From assembly GCF_009914755.1 (NCBI RefSeq), contig NC_060931.1: a stretch of DNA of 64,000 nucleotides. One strand, 5' to 3'. The notes below the pieces were generated by a model. The model searched no databases, was not told where the DNA came from, and saw nothing but the letters and a program-made list of their open reading frames with translations. The position numbers and the translations under genes are program-made. Shown here one piece after another: positions 1 through 13,049 of this stretch (its first letter is position 1; each line of letters begins with the position of its first letter). Source of the stretch: the human T2T-CHM13v2.0 reference genome, Homo sapiens.

Positions 1-1250
1 CTCCGTGGAAGGTGAGTCCTGGACTGGCGTTGCCAGGTTCGCATGTCCTCCCCAGAACCTCCGTCTGGCTCCAGGGACTCTCACTGAGCGGGTCTAGAGC
101 ACCCAGCACTTTTCAAGGAACAGCCGCGGTTCCTTTGTCCCGCGGCTCCAGCCCCGTTCGGCCCAGCTCTCAGGGAAACGAAGCGCTCAGTAAGAACTTT
201 TGATATTAGTTTGTATGGGTATTTACACTCTGGTGAGGGGAGCTGAGTACGGAAGTTCCATTAATCATACCCCAACCTTGGGTTTAGATATTCAGTTTAT
301 GGGTTGGGAGAGGGAGTTTGCCGGAAAGAAAGCATCAAGGTTGGCCGCTGACTCCAGAGAAATGAAAAGGGTTAGGTCGTTTTCTGTTTCTGGAAATCAA
401 GAATTAGGAATGGGCAACTACAGGTGCTAACCAACAGACCACTTTTTTGTTTTTTGGTAGCCCTTTGGCAGGGATAGTTTTTCCACCTTTGCCCGATACA
501 ATTTAAAAAAAAAAATCCTTTTATTATGGAATTTGTCAAACACACACACAAGCATAACAAACCCCTAGGTACCCATCTCCAAGTTTTGACCCCTATTATA
601 ATTTCATCTTCAGTGTTTTATTATCCACTTCCTCTCTCTCTATCTTTAGTATTTTAAAGTAAATCCCAGATAGCATCACATCATTTCACCCCCACCATAG
701 GATTTCAAAGATCTGTTATATTTCAAGATTGAGTAAAAGGGCTTGAAATTGGGTTATTGCAATGAAACTCTAGAAAAAGCTTGAGGGTTCACCCAGGAGT
801 AAGCTGGACAAAAAAGGGGTTTGAGGGGTGGACCCATCTTGCCTAAAAATCTTGTCTCATCTTTCTAAAAATTACATATGAAAGAGGAAGATTTATGTTA
901 CTTTTTTATATGAGAGAATCGTCCTTTAATAGAAAATTTCTATTGCTGCATCAGAATTATGGAGGAACACAAAAAACATACCTCAGTCCTTAGTGTGTCC
1001 TAAATTAACACATATTCACTTATTAGTGGGTAAATGACTATATTTCATTTCAGCACAACTTCTCCCCTGGTAGAAACTCAAAAGAAATTTCTAATGATTA
1101 AACTAGGAAAGTTTGCACTGAATTGATGGCTTATCAGAGCAACCGCAGTTTTCAGGAAGAAATTCAATGCCATGCGTTGAAAATATCCCCCTAGCAATAA
1201 GGGATTATTTTTAAAAAAGAATGAATAAAGATGTTCTGGTTTCTTTTGTT
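1..1250 (+). ncRNA. HOTTIP: 3' portion of lncRNA HOTTIP (putative intron 12-460, terminal exon 461 to ~1250)
   Basis: Consensus donor AAG|GTGAGT at 11/12; branch-like CTAAC 427-431; T-tract and TAG acceptor at 459-460; AT-rich non-coding exon ending at AATAAA 1224-1229 with a GT/T-rich downstream element. Identity is inferred from position ~36 kb upstream of EVX1 on the same strand (known HOXA13-HOTTIP-EVX1 order). Confidence 0.65.
1224..1229 (+). terminator. polyadenylation signal (HOTTIP); alternative AATAAA at 1407-1412
   Basis: AATAAA followed by TGTTCTGGTTTCTTTTGTTTT, a U/GU-rich downstream element. Confidence 0.6.
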
Positions 1251-2568
1251 TTAATCTGGTAGTCTCATTTACAACGAGCATGATTCTCCCTGTCGAACTC
1301 TGAAAGTGACTTAACTGAAAGGCTTGGCAACTTCAGAAAGCAAAAAGGTAAAAACAGAAAATAGCACACGGTTGAATTTGACAACTTTTACACTACCCGG
1401 CTGCTTAATAAATTCTAACCCCACTTGTCTGAGTGGATACTGATCATCTTTTCTATGGCAGTATTTTGTATTTGGGTTGTTTATGGTTTCTTAATTAATT
1501 TTTTTGAGTAGTGATTAAATATCTGGGATGCTTTTACACTAAGCATATAAATTCTCATGGTATTAGAAAAGAGCTATTTGATGAAACTCATAAGGGGTAT
1601 GTAAATTAAAAAAGAGAAGAAAGTGTGTGTACATATTTTACAATAATCTCGAACAACTCCAACTATATGTTGCAGAAGCCATGAGCTCTCTGCCCACTGT
1701 CTGTGGGGTATCAGCAAGATTGACTCCTACCAAGCCTTGGGCACAGTGGTGGGTTTAAGGGTCCCATGTCTCCAGATCCTAAGATGGAGTTCACCGCAGG
1801 GGTGAGGGCTCGGGTCAGGGTAAGGGTGGGGACTGCAGAAGTCAAACAATTCGGAGGAAGAGGGAGAGGGGAAGAGAGAAGCCACAGACAAGCCAGGAGA
1901 CAAAGAGGAAGGGAGAGATGGGAGGGAGAAGAATAAGAAGCAATGAAACTGTAATTCTCCACAAAAATTTAAGCTACAGCAGCTCAAAGAAGGCCTGTTT
2001 TTAAAGCTTAGCAGAAGCCCATTCTCCGCTGAAGCCTGTTCTTTGTGGAAGCCTGGCTGGGGGGCAGTGGGGGCGGTGCCACTGTCGAGTGTTCCTTGCC
2101 ATTTAGGTCCAAAGCCTCCCTGTGATTTCTGTAACTGCACAAAAACAATCTGGGCTTTAAGAACCTGATTATTGTCCAGAGTTAAATGCAGGCTCGACCT
2201 TCTGCCCATAGAGAGTCCAAACGCATGAATTCCTGCTGGTATCAGCTTCGGAGGCAGAGGTCGCGAGCTGAGCTTGGGACAACCCTTCAAGCCTGCTAGC
2301 AATTACCTGCTCTCAGCCACTTTTAAAAGGCCATATTTCTTTACATTTCTAGGATCTAATGTGAGGTTATGTCAGGTCATGGGACCCTAGGCTGGTGCAA
2401 AGTAATTTGATGTCACCAAGAGCAAGCAGACTCGTTTGTCACCCTGAGGAATAGAAGTCCCTGTGATTTCTGCTGGGAGCAGAGCAGGGTTGCTTGGCTG
2501 GGGGTGTGGAATCCAGACAGGGGTCCAGTGTGGGCCTAACCAGGTGAGCTGGGAGGGGACTTTCTGGA

Positions 2569-2570
<2 letters not shown>

Positions 2571-2614
<44 letters not shown>
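2571..2614. repeat. (GT)22 microsatellite
   Basis: Direct read. Confidence 0.97.
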
Positions 2615-2618
<4 letters not shown>

Positions 2619-3444
2619 TTGTCTGTCTCAGGTTGAGAGGATTAAGGGATCAGCTCTGCTCCAAGCTCACACAGCAGCCCATTGGAACTCAGCATGTGAC
2701 CTGGACTGATCCAGGCCCTTGGATCCCAGGTTCACTTGTGACATGATCCGGGTCTCAGTTTTTCTGAAGCTAAATCTGGTTAGCCCACCTGCAGTCCTTT
2801 CTTCCCCTAGCCCTTACCCACTGCTACTTTAATAGTCTGTAGCTGATTAAATAAAACAACGGAGTCTTCCTACCTGAGGTTTATCCAGCCATTAGGTGAT
2901 TGGTGGGAGCACAGAAGGAGTCATAGCCCTTGTACCCCTTTGGGGAAACACTTCTGTGAGTGATAAGAGACGGCTAATGTCTCAGTGAAGGGCTTCAAGG
3001 CATTTGCTAGAATGGCCTCTTCCACTATTTCCAGTTCTTCCATTTTTTCAAGGGGGGTGGGGGTTGTAGGGGGTTGTGTAACAAAGCCAAAGAACAGGGT
3101 CCCTTAAGCCTTCATTTGAGAATCAGGGAGAGTGCGAACCCTGGAGGAGTATGGGTAGGCAACTTGATGGGTAAAATGGAAAAGGAAGAGGCCGCTTCCC
3201 AGAGGCCTGGCCGATGCTAGGTCCCAGAGACTTGAGCATGACAGGGTGGGGGGCCTCCTACAGAAGGCCTGGAAACTCTATCGGTAGAGCTGCCTGTGGG
3301 GGCTCCACAATGTCCTGGGATTCATACATTGAAATGTGGAGCATGGTTCCTTGGCCTTCTATATCATTCCCAAAAGGAGTATACTGGTGCCACTCTTCCT
3401 GACAATTCTAGGATGATCTAATGCCACAACTAATAGACTGAGAG

Positions 3445-3662
3445 AGCCTGGGCAACATGGAGAAACCCAGTCTCTTTAAAAAACACAAAAATTAGCCAGG
3501 TGTGGTAGCATGTGCCTGTGGTCCCAGCTACTGGGGAGGCTGAGGTGGGAGGATTGCTTGATCCCCAGCAAGTTGAGGCTGCAGTGAGCCATGATAGTAC
3601 CACTATGTTCCAGCCTGGGCGAAAGAGTGAGACCCTGTCTCAAAAAAAAAAAAAAAAAAAAA
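3445..3662 (+). mobile_element. 5'-truncated Alu (AluJ-like)
   Basis: GAGGCTGAGGTGGGAGGATTGCTTGA...GAGACCCTGTCTC followed by polyA. Confidence 0.92.
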
Positions 3663-4439
3663 GACTGAAGGAGAGAACTCAGACTCAGACTCAGCCAAAG
3701 TGGTCAGCAAGGAGGCACACCCCTACAAGGCGGACCCCATTTGAAGCAGGCGAAGGCACCCAATAGAGAACCTGCAGTGAGCATCTCAGAGGCACATGGA
3801 GAGGCCTGCACAGAATTCTCTATCTTTTGGCCATAAGGTTAGGAGGTGCTGGTGGGGCCAGAGGAGCTCAGATAAGAGCCAGCTCTCTATATGTGGGGCT
3901 CATTTCCATGGGGTTGTGAGAGAGGCCAATCCTTCACAGAAATTAGAATCTGGATGCAAGAAGGCAGCCAGGATCAGATCTGGCCAGATGGCCCCACGGC
4001 AGAGATGGGGAAAATGTCACCTTCGAATCCTAAGAAGCTAGGCTCCTGTGCTTTGCCAAAGGCCTCGTGGGCAGCAGTCTGTAGCTCCAGCGGTTTTGCA
4101 TGCCAGCCTCTGGACTCACTTAACTTCTGCAGCAATCTGTTGGTCCCCAGAGCCACTCTGCACCCTCCAGGAGAACCTACATATGGGCGCTCCAGGGATT
4201 TGCCCGCATTAGGATCAGGAGCCCCAGGAAGAGTTAGATGGGAATCCAGGCATCCTGGGCCCTGTGCTTTCGGTGGACAGCTAGATCTTTCTTGTCAAGG
4301 TGGAAATAGCGTCTCTGCCCTGGGTGGGAACCCAGACCCAGCCCTGCAATCACGCAGGCAATAAAGTAAGCACTCCACTGTCGACGGGGAGGCCAGGGAG
4401 AGAGAGGCTTCTCTTTGAGGCCTCCCACCCCCATCCAAT

Positions 4440-4950
4440 CCAGGAGGTTGCAGTCGCTGTGGGCGGCGGCGGAGGATGCTCGCAGGACACCGCTGCAGTT
4501 GCGACCTCTTCCCACTAGATGTCTTCCCAGTTAATCGGAACTCAAGGGCGCTGTCTCTGCTCCTCGGGCCGAGACTCGGTTTCCCCTGCCGCTTTTTGAA
4601 GTCTAGCATTCCTCTGTGAAAGCTGGCTTTTCCCTTTTTTTCCTATACTCCCCTTCCCGCCCTGCGCTCTAAATCCTGGCTCTGGAAATCCACCAGAATC
4701 AAATGCTGGCTCCCTGCGGGCCCGCGTCGGAGCGGCTCACGCCATTGGAATCTTTTTATGACCTTTGATGTGTTTAAATAACATGGCAAGTCTGAGCACA
4801 CACCTCGGATTAAACTTTAATCGGCTGCAGTCAAGGTCGCCCAGGTGGTAAAAGCGTTTCCTCCGACGTCTCCTGGCAGACGCTGCGGGGTCCAAGGTCT
4901 GGGGCAAAGCCCTAGGCCCCCGCCATACCCTCCTGCCTCTGTCAGGCCTG
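4440..4950. promoter_or_regulatory. CpG-rich regulatory element with candidate CTCF site (4494-4527) and TF motif cluster (4754-4839)
   Basis: CpG enrichment; TGCAGTTGC-N6-TTCCCACTAGATGTC; TTTTATGAC, CCTTTGATG, TGTTTA motifs. Confidence 0.6.
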
Positions 4951-6149
4951 GGTGGGGGCCAGGCCCAGGGCCACCCCATCGAGCTCCAAAGAGGACTAAG
5001 GAAATGGGATCGGAGGTAGACACTCAGGGTGGGCTAATGACCTGAGCACAGTTTTTATAGCTGCTAGACAGAATAGTTAAAAATTCCAAGAAGCACTTTC
5101 AATTTCCCCTGACTCCAGAAACTGGTTGAAGGTCTAGTCATGGTCAGTGCCTTATTGCCTCCTCCCCATGGCTCTGCTCCCCTAGGGAGAAAGGGGGTGC
5201 TGGTAATGATGTTGCGGCCAAGTTAGCTGACTGTTTTTAAGGTCACCAAACCCATTAACTGTGGGCCAGGATCTAGAACCCAGGCTAAAGCAGCCCTTCT
5301 GTGTGTCAGGCTAGACAAGGTTGGCTTCAATTTTATCTGGGATGAGCATATCTTTCTGAGCCAGTATACCTGTCATGGAGAATTGTCATGGGCAGTATTT
5401 AGGAAAAGCTCCAAGAACAGGGCAGCATATGTAGTGAGAGCTTACCACTGTGCTTTTAAAAAAGAAGGAATGTACAAAAGGGCTAGAAGGACAGACAAGT
5501 CATCAGTAACAGTGCTTCCCCTGGGAAGAACTGGTGTTCAGAGGATCTGAGTAGAGAATTTTTTTTCTATAAAATCTTTTTGTAGTGTTTGTGAAGTGCA
5601 CCAATTGTATGTATTAGCTATTGAGGTTATACTTTTCAGAAAACTGGTTACCCTATGTATCTCATGGCCACATATTCCTTTGGGGAATTTCCTCCACACA
5701 TCATACCAGCCTTGGATTCAGGGGAGAACACTGAAATAAGTTACCCCAAGGCTTGAATCTTAGTCTTACGGACATCAACTCAGATTTCCATCCCCTGGGA
5801 GAGGTTCTCAGGCCTCTCTCTCTGGGCTTACCCCTAACTTGTAAATGAACATGCCAGCCCCAGCCATTCACAAAAGAGAATGCGTTGTCTCAAAACGAAT
5901 TAAAGCCTGATCTTCAATTTTCCCCCAATCCCTGAGTGCCTAGGGGTTTGCAGAAAAGGCCCACACATGCTCCTCCAGACCAGAGATTCCCACAGCCCCT
6001 TGACATGTATATTTGGTTTGTCAATTCTTGTCTTGAAGACACTATCAAGTGTCTTCAAGGGCCACATACTAGACTGACCTGTTGATCTCTTGACTTAGAG
6101 ATAACACTATCACTGTCTAAAATTAGTTCTCATAGTGCTTCTTCATGGG

Positions 6150-6290
6150 CTTCTGGGGGCTGCTAATACTCTTTATCTTGATCTTTGTAGTAGTTACACA
6201 AATGTATACATATATAAAAATTCAGTGAACTGGGGGCTTAAGATTTGTATGCTTTGCTATACGTAAGTTATATGGCAATAAAAAAATTTT
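6150..6290 (+). mobile_element. old L1M (L1ME-like) 3' end fragment
   Basis: TCTTGATCT..GTAGTTACACAAATGTATAC..AAAATTCA..GAAC..TTAAGATTTGT..AATAAAAAAA is typical of L1M 3' termini. Confidence 0.65.
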
Positions 6291-7199
6291 TAAGTGCTTC
6301 CTCCTAACAACCTGTGAGGTTGGTCCCAAGGTTATTACAATCATCTCCATTTTACAGACAAAGCAACTAAGACTCAAGGGAAGCTAGGGTCCCAGGCATC
6401 TGTGGAAGAAAATAACCAGCCAGAGACTAACCAGCAGCTTCTTCCTCTGGGTCTTGCTGCTTCAATATCCAGCTTTCTTTTCCAGCAGATTTCTCAGGTG
6501 ACAGGAGCCGGTTCAGTATAGAGAGGCTCTTTTTAGAGAGATTGTGAGGTAGGAACATGTGGTCTGAGTCTTCAAATTTTTTAGTCTTGGCGTAGGGAGT
6601 CAGGGAGGGCACGCGCCCCGAGGGTGTGGGGCCTAGAGGGCCCCACTTGTGTGCCTCTAATGAGGAAGAGGGCCCTCAGGGCTTGGAACATATTTTCTTC
6701 TTATTCCAGTCCTCCAAGCCCACACGCACCCGAGGCTCAGGAGACCTCTTCAGGCGACCGCACCCTTCCGCTGAAGTCCCCCACTTCTGCCCCTCCGAGG
6801 TGGGGTGGGGGTGTTCTGAAATAACGGTGGCTGCAGTTAGATGGCTGAGGACATAGAAAGCGGTTGTTATTTATTCCAGGCACCATCACAAAAGGCTTCC
6901 AAAAATATCGAGCCGAGATATTTTATTGTCCAGCCTGTCTGCAGCCTGTAATTATGCGTTCAAGATGTTTAATGTGTGCAAATGCATTAGCCGCTTTCGC
7001 TGGTGAAAACCCTAGCTGGGGGCGGGGTAGAGGCAAGTCTGGAGATAATTATGTCGTACAGTCGCAAACATTATTCCGTTCTTACTGTAAACGGCCCCGG
7101 CCACCTTTACGAGAAACCAGGAAACTTCTGAGAGTTACTAGCAGCGTTTACGCGGGCAAACTGAGTTCTTTTTCTTTCTCTCCCGGATTGTTCGAAGTA

Positions 7200-8200
7200 T
7201 CTATCGGGCGGCTTCGATGCCAGGTTCAGAGGCGCGCCAGGGAGAGGGCGCCCCGCAGAGGAGCGCAGCGGAGAGGCCTACGCAGGTCCCCGGTGCCCGC
7301 GGCCCTCGGAGGCCGGGCCCTGCGTCTTGGCCAGGCACTGGGTGGCAGCTGAGGCTGGTGGCCCGGAGCCCTCGCGGCCGCGGGCAGGCCCCTTCTTGGG
7401 CAGGGTCGGGCACTCCCGCTGTCCAGGGCTCTTCGGCACCCTCCTTCCAATCAGGTCGCTCTCCCCTGCTCCCCAGACTCAACTCCTCCGAAGCTGCTCC
7501 AGGTTGAAATGTGACCGCTAGGCCGACTCCCTGGGCCCGCGAGCAGTTCTCGAAAGGTGCGGACTGAGCCCTTTCTGGGGTGGGGTGCGGGTTGGTTCTC
7601 GCAAGTGTGACCCAGGGTGAACTTGCTATTTCGGGTCCCGGGTGCTGCAGGGCCAGGAGAACAGCTGGGATGGGGGACCCCCGCCTCCACCCTCGGGCCG
7701 GCACGTCCGCGCCCTGTCAGGTCCCCCTCCCTCCTCTATGATGGCCAAGGCGTGCGCCAGGGCTATCCGGGAACCTTGTAAGGCCTCGTGCTGGCACCTA
7801 ACCCCACTCGCGGCACACTTCCTCTATGTAGTCTGCGGCCCCGCCTGCCAAATGAGAGTGACCAGTGCAGGGACAGAATGCCAGGCTGGTGGCCGACCGC
7901 CTGAGGGACAAAGGCGAGCATTCACAAGCCAACAGCAGACCCCTGCCCCCCATATTTCCATTTCGCTCAGGCTTTTAGGACAAAATCAACAAGGCCGCAG
8001 AGTGGTGCAGGCGCTCACCCCGGGTGACAGCCTGGGGAGCCACTGGTTCCGCGACCCTGGGCATGAAACTCCTCAAGGGCGGCCCTCGAGACGCAGGGGA
8101 GAGGATGCTGCCGGCGCCTGCCCGAGGGCTTCTCTGCGGGAAGCGGGCAGGCACCCCACCGGAGTCACTGCCGGGACCCTCAGCGCAACGCGGGCCTGTG
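7200..8200. promoter_or_regulatory. orphan CpG island
   Basis: High GC and dense CpG, no coding exon. Confidence 0.8.
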
Positions 8201-10784
8201 TCCTCTCGTTTCTCTTTAGAAAAAGACTGGATTTTAAGACTCGTTTTAGGCCAATGATTTAAAACAAAACCAAACCAAACTACTGGGCGCTCGAGGAGTA
8301 GTGTGGGACACATTTAAAAAAAAACTTGTGTGGGATCCAGGGTGCATTTTCTGGGGCCTGGCAGCGCTGCTGCAGCCCCAGGGCATGGAGAACAGGGGGA
8401 CATGGAAAGATCTGGGAGGATGATGAAACCCCAGGGAGGGAAACGCTCACACAGAGAGGAAAAACAAAACCCACTAGACGTGATTTGTTCCTGCTCCAAA
8501 TGAATCATCTAAAGAGAATCCCTCTGGGCTACATTTACTGGGGCTTAGGGTCTGGGGCCCTCAGATCCACCAGTGGTGGGGGTAGTTCCCTGAAATTTGC
8601 ACTCCCAATCTCCCCCGTGAAGGTGCAAGCTGTAGCTACAAAGGGAAAAGGAGAGGAAGAGGCTAGTAGGATTCCTGGGTGGCTGCAGCCCCAAAGTAAA
8701 CCCCATGCTTTGAGTGCCTCTGCATAACAAAGTTTCCCAGGCCCCCCAGACTTGGAGGGGGGTGGTTAGTTATGCAGCAACTAGACGTTTGGGAACAGCA
8801 AGACCCTGGCAGGAGGTGCAGACTAAAGCTTTCAGGTTCCTACCTCTTGTTCTTTCCTACCCCCTGTGTCTGCCTTTCTCTCTGCCACCTTTCCAGAGAC
8901 TCAGGCCTCCAGGAGCAAGTGGCTTTGCTCTGAGGCCCTACCTGGATGGGCCAGAGAGACTGGGAAGTTTAAGGACAGGTCTCACACTTGGTTCAGATTT
9001 CAGACACCTCAGAGGTGGCTATAACTTAAAGCCTGCAAAAATAAACTTTAACCACATTCGAGCGTCCCCCAAGCCTATAGTTTTGAAGGCCTAAAATGTG
9101 CGATCTTTTAACTCAGAGGTTGCTGGTTGCCTGAGAGGCTGAGCAGAATTTCCCAAGCAAGAGGGGACAGGGAAAAAGGCCATTGTTTCTGTAGATATCC
9201 AGGTTCAGTTCAAAATCAGGGCTCACTGAAGAGGGCATGTGTCCTGTGACTGCTCTCTTGAATGTAATTTTTGTCTCTCTCTCTCTCTGTCTCTCTTGCT
9301 CCCATAGAACCGTGCCCTCACAGCAATCCAGTGTTTGATTCTCCCTATAGAAAGTGAATCTGATCAGGGCCTTCTTCACTCTCCTCCTCCTTCTCTTCTG
9401 TTCTGCAGCTCATTCAAAAGAGCCCATAGAAACACAGAGAGACCCATGAGGAGTCTCTTGCCACTGGGACTGACTCTGCCTGGGACCCAGAGACCAGAAA
9501 TGGTGAGTGGTTTTTCTTCAAAGGCTGCTGGGTCCTGAGGCTGGGATTGCCTGCACAGCGAGAGGGCCTCCCTTGCAGCTGCACCCAACCAGGGAAAGGG
9601 GTGGAAAGAGTTTTTGAAGGACTCTAGAAGATGGTAAGCAGGGCCACCTCGAAGACCTAGATTTCTCAACTCTACATCTCCTGGAGGAGGGATTCTCTAC
9701 TGGGAGTGATCAGTGCCAATTCCAGTTTCCAGATTTGGTTTGCCTGCCTAGGAAAATTGGAGCCTCATTTAAATCTTTTCCTAGAAGTCTTATGCTCATT
9801 CTTTGGCTTTCTGTTTTCTATTAGCCAGAGACTCATGTAAGATAATCTGGGTTTCTCCCTCCGACCTCTGAAACATGTAATTTGGGGGAGATACTGTATT
9901 TAAAATGCCAGTCCCAGTAATGAGCCCAGCTTAGCAGTGTGAGCTCCCACCCTCCCCTTAATGAACAGAGCTGTCGAGAAATAATTTCACTTTGATCTAG
10001 TTTGTGACCTGAGTTTTTGGCTTAAAGAAGACTGGGCAGCTAATTGGATTCTTCAGTTGCCTTTAATCTCCACCTCAACACTTGGAACCTGACCAAGCTG
10101 AATTAAAACAAGTCTGATAAACAAGATGTAGCTGGCTCCCAGGTTAACAGTAACAAGAAAATCCCCACCACCACTGTTGGGTTTAATGATCACAGCATGG
10201 TTGGCACCTCACAAAAAACATGAGGCTGTAGGCCCGCAGAACCTGCAGCACGGAAGTCTTCAGAATCCTTTCCCCTCCCTCCTAGCCCCCTGGATGTAGC
10301 TTAATTAGAAAGAGAAGGAGGGGTAGAGGGAGGTGGGGAAGAAAAACTTACAGTTGGTGAAAGAATCAGGTTGGGGGTTCATCTCAAAGGGAGGCAGGAC
10401 GTTGAGGAGACTTTGTCCCTGGGAGAGGAAGCAGGCCGAGCCTTTGAGGGCTGGACAGTAAAGATTGCAATTTGAATTTCCAACTGTGTTTCAAGAATGA
10501 GGGGATGCAGGAGGGAAATAGGATATGAGGGGCAGGGTTATGCAGCCTGGCGGGCTGGGAATCATGGATTGTATTTAATCTTTTCAGATGCCAGGGTTTT
10601 GTGTTCTAGGAGCAAAGCAGAAGGAGGAAGAAGTCTGCTAGACCTCCCCATTCTTAGTTTGGGGCCTGAGAAGGGATTCTCTTGGACTCCCCTCTGGATG
10701 CTCCTGTCTGCTGCCTGCCTAAGTGGCTGGAGGAGTTCTGAGGGAATGCTTTCTCCAAGGCAGCAGGGGTTTGGTCTAGGCTAG

Positions 10785-11005
10785 GATTTCTCAAACCTCC
10801 ACAATATTGATGCTTTGGGCTGGATGATTAATTCCTTGCCGTGGAGGCTGTCCTGTGCGTTGTAAGATGTTTACCAGTATCTTTGGCCTCTACTTACAGA
10901 TGTCAGTAGTGCCTACCCCAGTTGTGACACCCAGAAAAGTCTCCAGACACTGCCAAATGTCCCCTGGGGGGCAAAAATTGCCCCCACTTAAGAACCACCA
11001 GTGTA
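10785..11005. mobile_element. MER20 (hAT-Charlie) DNA transposon relic
   Basis: TTTCTCAAACCT...CCCCAGTTGTGACA..AAAAGTCTCCAGACACTGCCAAATGTCCCCTGGGGGGCAAAA..CCCCCACTTAAGAACCAC matches the MER20 consensus. Confidence 0.85.
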
Positions 11006-11676
11006 GACCTCTGTGAGGCAGGCATTTCTGGGAAAAAAGTGTAGTGCTTTGCTTGAAATGATCTTTGTATAGTTTCAGAGAGCTAGGGGAGCAGGGCGGG
11101 GTACTCCCGCTCCTTCTTTGAACCTCTCCAGCAGGGCAGATCATGAATTCCTTCCCAGGGCTGTCTTGATCTCCTTACTGTAGGTGCTACACCTTCATTA
11201 AGGCTTTGAGCAAGGACATAGCTGCCAGGGCATATAATCCTAATCTTTAGACACACTGAATCCAGGATAAGTGTGTGTGTGTGTGTGGGGAAGGTGGTGG
11301 GTGGGTAGGTGTATATATGGGTCTGTATAAGATAAATGCTAGGCAAAAGAGATCCAGGCCTCACCTTTTCCTGCAGCTTTGAAAGCTCTTTCTTTGGCAT
11401 ACTTGGCCTTGAAGTGGGAAACAGCTGGGTTTTCATAAAATGGTTGTTGAGGTTATCAGGGAATGGAAAGCCTATTACACATATTGAGGTGAGAGGTAGT
11501 GTCTAGGATGCTGTTACCAGATTCTTATGCAGTAGGTGGTCTTACAGCTCCTACCCATCTCTTCCCTCTAGCTCTGACTCTCAGCAAGCTCTTCTCACAC
11601 AGGCTTTCTGGAAACTGTTAAGATCCTAGAAAGTAGGAGCTTGACATAATTTATTGAACACTTGGTATTACTATTA

Positions 11677-12034
<358 letters not shown>

Positions 12035-12054
12035 TCAACCAGATCCACCCATCC

Positions 12055-12260
12055 CTTTTCTTTCTCTCTTCTTTCTTTCTCTCTTCTTTCTTTTTCTCTT
12101 TCTTTCTCTCTTTCTCTCTTTCTCTTTCTCTTTTTCTTTCTTTCTTTCTCTCTCTTTTTCTTTCTTTCTTTCCCTCCTTCCCTCCCTCCCTCCTTACCTA
12201 CCTCCCTTCTTCCCTCCCTCCCTCCCATCCTCCCTTTGTTTCTTCCTTTCATTTTCTTTC
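12055..12260. repeat. polypyrimidine simple repeat (TTTC/TC/CCTC)n
   Basis: ~200 nt almost pure C/T. Confidence 0.92.
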
Positions 12261-12671
12261 CAGAATGTGTTCACATAGAACACAAATGAAGGATGGTAAA
12301 GATTAAGAGAAACTGATTAACTGACAAAGACAATTCTATCAAGTTTGCATTGCATTAATAGCAATAACAATAGGGTTAAGTTATGTGACCCCTATATATA
12401 TTTTTCACATCTAGAGTGGGTTATAGTCACTTAGGGCTAGGCATATTTAGCTGTCAGCATTGCCAAATGAATTAAGCTTTAGGTATTTGACTAAAATCAC
12501 TGGTCGAATGCTTACAGAGTGGTCATCACTTTACAAATATTAACTCATGTAATCTGTTGAACACCTCTAGGAACTATTATAATCATCTTCATCTCACAGA
12601 TGGTGAAACAGAGGCCTAGAAAGCTTAAGTAACTTGCCCAAGGTCATCCAGCTACTAAGGGACAACACTAG

Positions 12672-13049
<378 letters not shown>

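Noticed and set aside
8567-8582. CCACCAGTGGTGGG as a CTCF site
   Set aside because: The 3' half lacks the GGC core; too weak without ChIP data.
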